DNA of 64,000 nucleotides, from the NCBI GenBank assembly GCA_965214835.1, contig CBDCCK010000002.1, positions 224,001 through 288,000 of the forward strand, read 5' to 3'. This document shows positions 57,953-64,000 of the stretch, piece by piece. The position numbers and the translations under genes are program-made. The notes beneath the pieces were generated by a model. The model made no database searches, was not told the DNA's origin, and was given only the letters and a program-made list of their open reading frames with translations. The DNA is from Nitrosopumilaceae archaeon. Its GTDB lineage: Archaea; Thermoproteota; Nitrososphaeria; Nitrososphaerales; Nitrosopumilaceae. Numbering within the stretch: position 1 is the stretch's first letter; every line of letters starts with the position of its first letter.

Positions 57953-59109
57953 AGCCGGTACTCGTGCTGGTTTTTGTCACAGGCCTGATCATAGGGGTAT
58001 CCTACGGCATGCACGGTCCGATGCTGCCGGTATTTGCAAAAAACGACATCGGCGCGTCATACTCTGAGCTGGGCCTCATAGGGCTGGCAAACTTTGTTCC
58101 CTACATGTTCATTCCGTTGTTTGTAGGAATCCTGCTGGTCAGATTCAACAACTCGTACCTGCTTGCGCTCGGGGCAGTCATCAACTCGGTCTCAGTATAC
58201 CTGCTGTCGATTGCACAGTCGGTTCCCGAGATCATGGGATACAGAATAATGACAGGCGTCGCCCATGCGTTTTTCTGGCCGCCGTGCGAGTCCATAATCT
58301 CAAACGCAAGTACAGAAAAAGACAGGGTCAGAAACATTTCGCTGTTTGCGATGTTTTTTGTAATCGGCTTTATGGCAGGGCCGTTGCTGGGAAATGTCCT
58401 GGTGGAGGGCATGGACGTTGCACACAGGGTGCTGTTCCAGATAACTGCGGTAGTTCTGGCCGCCGCGATAATCACATCGCTAATGTCTGCAAGGGCCAGA
58501 GTTGCAAGAAGGCATGCCGGCTTTTCGCTCGGCTCCCTGAGACAGTTTGTCAGATTTCCGACCACAATCATGATGCTGGTCTACTGCACGGCGTCATTTG
58601 GGATGGTTCTGTCGATATTTCCGGCATTCCTGAATGATAATGCAATGTCAGATGCGGACATTCTTTTCCTGTACTTTGTCTTTGGAATCTCCCGGGTTGC
58701 AACACTGGCCGCCGGAGGCAGGCTGGCAAGGCACACGGCGGCCACCCTGATTTCTGCGTCGTTTTCAATAGCCGCCGGGCTGCTGGTTGCATACGTGGCA
58801 GGATCCATCGCGGAGTTTGCCGTATCGCTGCTGCTCATGGGGTTCGGACTGGGCATATTCTTTCCGCTTACGCTGGAGATAATCCTGACTAGGACAAGGA
58901 GGGAGATCTCCGGTGCGATAATTGGGGCGTACGAGACGGTCTTTGGAATAGGCTGGGCGATAGGGCCGATAACTGCAGGATACATATCCCAGTTTCAGGG
59001 AAACGACTCGCCGTACATCGTATTTTCCATAATCGGGATCGGCGTGGGCGTGGTATCCATCATCAAGAGAAGGTCGCTGCATACGCACAGGATGCAGGCA
59101 AAGGAATGA
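57949..59109 (+). CDS. MFS transporter
   Basis: About 12 TM helices, 386 aa. Confidence 0.88.
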   Translation: MKPVLVLVFVTGLIIGVSYGMHGPMLPVFAKNDIGASYSELGLIGLANFVPYMFIPLFVGILLVRFNNSYLLALGAVINSVSVYLLSIAQSVPEIMGYRIMTGVAHAFFWPPCESIISNASTEKDRVRNISLFAMFFVIGFMAGPLLGNVLVEGMDVAHRVLFQITAVVLAAAIITSLMSARARVARRHAGFSLGSLRQFVRFPTTIMMLVYCTASFGMVLSIFPAFLNDNAMSDADILFLYFVFGISRVATLAAGGRLARHTAATLISASFSIAAGLLVAYVAGSIAEFAVSLLLMGFGLGIFFPLTLEIILTRTRREISGAIIGAYETVFGIGWAIGPITAGYISQFQGNDSPYIVFSIIGIGVGVVSIIKRRSLHTHRMQAKE

Positions 59110-59150
59110 TGCACATCAGATATTAACAGACAGAGCCAGTGTGAGGCATA

Positions 59151-59861
59151 ATGCAAGGCAGGCAGCCGCTGAGAATAACAGAACTGCAGCAGATCTGCAG
59201 GGTGATTGGAAGGATAAAGGAGAGCTGCATAGAGGAGCTTCCGCACTCTGGACACCAGTCACTATACTTTAGCAACGACGAGATCACGACTGGGATCCTG
59301 AACAACAAAATGGAAATCAAGATCCACCTGACTACTGGAAGGCTACTGTTTTTTGATGACGAGGTGGGCCATTATGTCGATGTCTTAAGCGACAGTATCT
59401 CGGATTCAATAAAAGGCATCCTGCAAAAAACGGGCATCGACGTCGAGGTCGGGTCGCTGGAGAACCCCCGGCGGGAGGATCTGGACATGTACAGGTTTTT
59501 TGCAGCACATGCCAAAAAGGTCTTGGAGATTGTTCGGATGGGCCTGCAAGGCAGGTTTACGCAGGTTCACCTGTGGCCGCACCACTTTGATTTCTCAGTG
59601 GAATGGTTTACAGGAGGCCCAGACGGACAGATCGGGATAGGAATATCCCCGGGGGATCAAAGGTATCCGATGCCCTACCTGTACGTCAGTCCGTGGCCGT
59701 TTAATGAGAAAATCCTAGGGCGGAGGCTGCCCATCGGGGCATGGCACACGGACGGATGGAGCGGCATCAAGGTAGAGTGGTCCGAGATTGCCCAACACCA
59801 CCCAGAGGAGGCCGCAGGACGCATAGTAGATCTGCTGCGCATAGCGCAAATGAACTTTTGA
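59151..59861 (+). CDS. DUF5996-like hypothetical protein
   Basis: LWPHHFD, GISPGD, PYLYVSPWP. Confidence 0.72.
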   Translation: MQGRQPLRITELQQICRVIGRIKESCIEELPHSGHQSLYFSNDEITTGILNNKMEIKIHLTTGRLLFFDDEVGHYVDVLSDSISDSIKGILQKTGIDVEVGSLENPRREDLDMYRFFAAHAKKVLEIVRMGLQGRFTQVHLWPHHFDFSVEWFTGGPDGQIGIGISPGDQRYPMPYLYVSPWPFNEKILGRRLPIGAWHTDGWSGIKVEWSEIAQHHPEEAAGRIVDLLRIAQMNF

Positions 59862-59902
59862 GCCTCCAAATCTTAATTTAGAAAGACAGGCAACAGCACC
59901 AC

Positions 59903-60241
59903 ATGGATCCGTCCCTGAATATAGGTGGAAGCGAGTGGATCATCATAATCTTTGCCGCCCTTGTGCTGATCCTGGGCACGAACAGGCTTCCCGATGCCGC
60001 CAAAAAGCTCGGACGGGCCTCTGCAGAATACAAGAGGGCAAAAAGCGAGGTCAGTACGCAGATCAGCGAGGCGGCCAGTCAGAATGTAAACATAACGGGC
60101 CCCGTGGAAAACGAGAGGCAGAAATTTGAAATGATTGCAAAGTCGCTTGGAATTGATCCTGCCGGAATGAGCACGGACGAGCTGAGAAAGGTGATCAGCG
60201 ACAAGATTGGGCAGAAGGGCATCGACGGGGAGCCTACCTAG
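59903..60241 (+). CDS. tatA: Twin-arginine translocase TatA/E subunit
   Basis: GGSEWIII TM, LG hinge, LPDAAKKLGR amphipathic helix. Confidence 0.88.
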   Translation: MDPSLNIGGSEWIIIIFAALVLILGTNRLPDAAKKLGRASAEYKRAKSEVSTQISEAASQNVNITGPVENERQKFEMIAKSLGIDPAGMSTDELRKVISDKIGQKGIDGEPT

Positions 60242-61007
60242 TTTTTATGCGGTAAAGATTCTCGTCTAGGCGCCTTTTTGCAAACCTGAAATACTCTGGG
60301 ACTATCTCAAATCCGACATAGCGGCGCTGGTTCATCTTGCTTACCACGGCAACCTGGCCGGATCCCAGGAATGGATCCATCACGACATCGTTTTTTTTGC
60401 TAGAGTATTCCAGTATTTTTTTAATCAGCTCGGAGGGAAGCTTGGTGGGCGTTTTTTCATCCCCGATCCAGTACTCACGCTTTATGTTCCAGACGTCTTC
60501 TTTGTCCTGATAATGCAGGGAGTGTCCATTGGAGTCCCTGTCGGACTGCTTGAAGCGTGAAAACGGGTAAAACCTCCTCTTGTCGTTATTTTTGCACACG
60601 TACAGGCAGTGATAGTGGGAGGTGACGAACTTCTTCTTTGTTACCACGCCGAACTGATACTTCCATATCAGGTGGTTTACTGTGTGGAATCCCGTCTCAT
60701 CTAGTACAGTAAGGATATCCCTGAGGTTGTTCCATCCCGAAAAGACATACATGCTTCCAGAGTCCTTTAAAACCCTGAATGACTCGCCCATCCACTTGCG
60801 CGTAAAATCGTAATAGTCCTCGGGTCTTATCTCGCCGTATCCCCCCATTACGCGCGAGCCCGTTCTGTTGTAGTTTCCACGCGCAGCCTTGAAGCCTATT
60901 GCAAAGGGAGGATCAGTGATGATCAGGTCGATTTTATTCTTGGGGATATTTTGCATTCCGGTGATGCAGTCGGCGTTGTAAATTTCATCAAATGCGGCAG
61001 ATGTCAA
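60234..61007 (-). CDS. Orphan N4-C/N6-A DNA methyltransferase (beta class)
   Basis: TDPPF precedes DPFLGSG; PTKLP. Confidence 0.9.
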   Translation of the reverse strand: MTSAAFDEIYNADCITGMQNIPKNKIDLIITDPPFAIGFKAARGNYNRTGSRVMGGYGEIRPEDYYDFTRKWMGESFRVLKDSGSMYVFSGWNNLRDILTVLDETGFHTVNHLIWKYQFGVVTKKKFVTSHYHCLYVCKNNDKRRFYPFSRFKQSDRDSNGHSLHYQDKEDVWNIKREYWIGDEKTPTKLPSELIKKILEYSSKKNDVVMDPFLGSGQVAVVSKMNQRRYVGFEIVPEYFRFAKRRLDENLYRIKTR

Positions 61008-61098
61008 GTTGAAGGTGGATGACACGAGCCTGCTTAATAATGTCATGCCTTGTGAAAAAGACGGAGTGGGTATCCAGTCCGGCTTGCAGGATGTGTTC

Positions 61099-61293
61099 CT
61101 ACCTGTATTCGATCCTGCTTTTTATCCTGCTGACCCGCGTGGGTTCTTCCTTGAGGTGCTTTGCAAGTATCTTTTCATGCTCCTTCTTGTGCTTCCGGTA
61201 CGCATTCAAAACCGCCTGCCTGGTTTTGGCCTTTTTTAGTGCAGCCTCGAGCCTCTTGTGGGATGCAGATACTTGTGAGGTACGGCTTTCCAT
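61099..61293 (-). CDS. Small basic hypothetical protein
   Basis: K/R/H-rich helical ORF; start uncertain. Confidence 0.55.
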   Translation of the reverse strand: MESRTSQVSASHKRLEAALKKAKTRQAVLNAYRKHKKEHEKILAKHLKEEPTRVSRIKSRIEYR

Positions 61294-61453
61294 ATTCAGC
61301 AGGAACATCGAGGATGGATAACTTGGGTGTACAATAGTCGACACCGGTCATACTATCGTTGACCATTTGCCCACAGGCCCGAACCGGTGTACAGGCATGA
61401 TGGAAGGCATGGATCTCCCAAACAATAAATCACCGAGGTGATCCAAGCGATCA

Positions 61454-63964
61454 TTGAAGTATCCCTGTCCCAAGTGCAAGCAAAGACTGGAGTTTCAAAA
61501 GACGTTTAACAAAAAGACGGCAGTCTCCTGCGCCTCATGTGGCATCGAGGCAGTGATGGGATTTTCCAAGAATCCAGACGAGGCATACCTTGACTTTCTG
61601 ACAATGCATGACAACGGTGAGATTTCGGAGGCGAAAAGCTCCCACGACGGCCTTCAGGCCCAGGGACTGGTCAGGGGGGAGGCGGAGATCAGGGAGATGA
61701 TAGGCAGGAACGCGCCCGATGAGATTACAAAGTCGGCGTTATTCTCAAGGCGCGACTATATCTCGCACTATACGGTAATCAGAAATCCCGAGCCCGAGAT
61801 GGGCGCAGAGACTGGCGAGGTCATCATGCAGGAGGAGCTGTCAAGGCATCTGAGGGAAAACGGGATCTTGAGGCTTTACAAGTTCCAGGAGGATGCGATT
61901 CAGGAAATCATGTATGGCCAGAACATAGTAATCGAGGCGCCTACGGCCTCGGGAAAAACCGAGGCCTTTATGATTCCGGCAATACAGAAAATAAAATCAG
62001 GCGACATATCCGGATGCGTCTTTGCGGTGTTTGTATATCCCACAAAGGCGCTGGCCAGGGATCAGTATCCAAAGATCTCAAAGCTTGCAGAAAAGATCGG
62101 AGTCGGCGTGGCAGTGTATGACGGGGATACGGATCAGGCCAAGAAAAGTGAGGTTTTGTCCAGTCCTCCACAGATCATAGTTACAAACTTTGACGTGCTT
62201 CACTACCACATGTGGCATCAGACTAAGTTTGCCTCGCTGCTAAGGACGGTAAGGTTCATGGTAATAGACGAGGTGCACGTCTACTCTGGAATATTTGGAT
62301 CAAACGTACACTATATCATAAAACGACTCAAGCGGCTGTGCGGGAGGATTCAGTTTGTCTGCGCCTCGGCTACAGTGGAGAATGCCGAGAGGTTCTGCGA
62401 AGACCTGCTTGGGGAGAAAATGAGGCTCATCAGGGGTGCCGGAAGGAGGGGGCAAACGGACTTTGTCATGATCTTTCCGTCGCTTAGGACCCAGAGGGCA
62501 CTGATGGTGGATCTTGCAAGAAAGCTGACGGCAAAAAGGCACAAGACCATGATCTTTAGCAACTCGCACCTGAACTCGGAGCTGCTTGCAATGCAGGCAA
62601 GGCGGCAGGGGATCAACATCAGGGTCCACCGGGCGGGGCTGATGGCCAACTACAGGAACTACGTGGAAAGGGAGTTCAAGGAAGACAGGCTTGATGCCAT
62701 CTCCTGCACCCCCACGCTTGAGCTGGGCATAGACGTGGGCAACGTGGACGGGGTGATCTCGTCTACCGTCCCGGTAAACAGGCTATTTCAGAGAATAGGC
62801 CGCGCAGCCAGGAAGGGCCAGAAGGGCTATGCGTTTTTGGCACTAGGAAACGACCCAATATCACAGTACTACAAGAACCACCCGCAGGACTATTTTGACG
62901 ACGTGGAAAAGTCATACATTGATCCGAAGAATCCGTTTGTCGAGGAGTTCCAAACGCTGGCAATGGCGTGCGACAGGCCGATATCAAGGCACGAGCTCAA
63001 GGAGCACTCAGAGGTGGTTTCAAGGCACATACGGGAGGGCAGCCTAAAGGAGCTTGAAGGTCGGTACGTTCCAAATCTTGACATAATCGGCCCCATGCTG
63101 GCAGAATACAGCATAAGGGGGATCGGAAAATCAATCGACATCTTTCTTGACTCAAAAAAGGTAGGAGACAGGATCCTGCCAATAGCTCTGGAGGAGCTGC
63201 ACAAGGACGCAGTATACTTTCTGGGCGGGATCAGGTACAGGGTCCGGGAGCTGCAGTATCCGGAGAAAAACCTTGCAAGGCTGGAAAGGATCCCCAGGGA
63301 CTATCCGTATTATACAAAGGCACTTACCAAGGAATGGCCGACAATAGACGAGATCTATGAGAAAAGGGATGCGCTGGGAACCGAGGTCGCATTTTGCAGG
63401 CTGCACATTAAAAAACAGGTTCACGGATACGTCAACATAGAGCTGGGACAGCAGGTCGCACAGGGGGAAAAGGCATCGCTGGACGAACCGCTGGAGTACG
63501 ACTTTGTTACAAAGGGAATCGTGTTTCATGCGCCCAGGCCATCAGATGCCATTGCCATGGCAGACGACGAGGACTATGTGGAGGCAAGCGGATACCATGC
63601 AGCAGAGCACGTGATAATTGAGGGAAGCAACATGATTACCGGCGGGGTCTCCCAGGATCTGGGAGGCATATCACTGGGCACGTCAGGCCTGATTTTCGTC
63701 TACGACGGGGCGATAGGGGGCAGCGGCGCAAGCAGGGCGCTGTATGACAGGTTCGAGAGGGCAGCGGAGCGCAGCCTGTCCATCGTAAGGGAGTGCCCGT
63801 GCAAGAGCGAGTCGGGATGTCCGAGGTGTACGTTCTCGTACAGGTGCGGGAACAACAATGAGTTTCTGCACAAGCACTCGTCAATGGAGGTATTTCAAAG
63901 GATGATGGACGGAGAGAGAACCGTAATCGTGGAACCTGCCAAGGGGGACAGACCGCTGGTATGA
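61454..63964 (+). CDS. DEAH-box helicase with C-terminal DUF1998 (Hrq1/YprA-like) and N-terminal Zn ribbon
   Basis: PTASGKT, DEVH, SAT, LELGIDVG, QRIGRAAR, CPCKSESGCPRC. Confidence 0.92.
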   Translation: MKYPCPKCKQRLEFQKTFNKKTAVSCASCGIEAVMGFSKNPDEAYLDFLTMHDNGEISEAKSSHDGLQAQGLVRGEAEIREMIGRNAPDEITKSALFSRRDYISHYTVIRNPEPEMGAETGEVIMQEELSRHLRENGILRLYKFQEDAIQEIMYGQNIVIEAPTASGKTEAFMIPAIQKIKSGDISGCVFAVFVYPTKALARDQYPKISKLAEKIGVGVAVYDGDTDQAKKSEVLSSPPQIIVTNFDVLHYHMWHQTKFASLLRTVRFMVIDEVHVYSGIFGSNVHYIIKRLKRLCGRIQFVCASATVENAERFCEDLLGEKMRLIRGAGRRGQTDFVMIFPSLRTQRALMVDLARKLTAKRHKTMIFSNSHLNSELLAMQARRQGINIRVHRAGLMANYRNYVEREFKEDRLDAISCTPTLELGIDVGNVDGVISSTVPVNRLFQRIGRAARKGQKGYAFLALGNDPISQYYKNHPQDYFDDVEKSYIDPKNPFVEEFQTLAMACDRPISRHELKEHSEVVSRHIREGSLKELEGRYVPNLDIIGPMLAEYSIRGIGKSIDIFLDSKKVGDRILPIALEELHKDAVYFLGGIRYRVRELQYPEKNLARLERIPRDYPYYTKALTKEWPTIDEIYEKRDALGTEVAFCRLHIKKQVHGYVNIELGQQVAQGEKASLDEPLEYDFVTKGIVFHAPRPSDAIAMADDEDYVEASGYHAAEHVIIEGSNMITGGVSQDLGGISLGTSGLIFVYDGAIGGSGASRALYDRFERAAERSLSIVRECPCKSESGCPRCTFSYRCGNNNEFLHKHSSMEVFQRMMDGERTVIVEPAKGDRPLV

Positions 63965-64000
63965 GGGGATTTGCGGCTTTTCTTTTTGCAGTGTGCGTGG

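Overview
Chromosomal window from an ammonia-oxidising archaeon (Nitrososphaerota, Nitrosopumilaceae-like). Diagnostic genes are the adjacent 3-hydroxypropionyl-CoA synthetase and dehydratase of the HP/HB carbon-fixation cycle, a membrane-anchored double-cupredoxin protein, archaeal DnaG, EF-1beta, CDC48, proteasome alpha, CTP-dependent riboflavin kinase, GTP-dependent dephospho-CoA kinase, an H+-PPase and tRNA-Thr(TGT). The backbone is ordinary housekeeping DNA. The unusual part is the intergenic space, which holds about 30 copies of short (60-135 bp) repeats from at least eight families, most with terminal inverted repeats (TIRs) and many with readable target-site duplications (TSDs). These include a MITE nested in a MITE, two MITEs at one target, and one that rewrote a protein C-terminus. 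Three families share a terminal consensus (GTAWSAGKT) and three share an internal motif (YYAGGCRYGAA). Larger elements are an intact IS630, an ISH3-like IS split by an intact IS5-like IS, and an IS630 fragment. Other accessory items: a decayed DNA methyltransferase-HNH fusion, an orphan AIPR gene, an acylphosphatase with a 21-bp tandem-repeat tail, a four-site palindromic operator array between two tiny Zn-finger genes, and several Cys-rich microproteins below the ORF-track cutoff. The element load and pseudogenes suggest a host-associated lineage (inference). All alignments and family calls were made by eye, without database searches.
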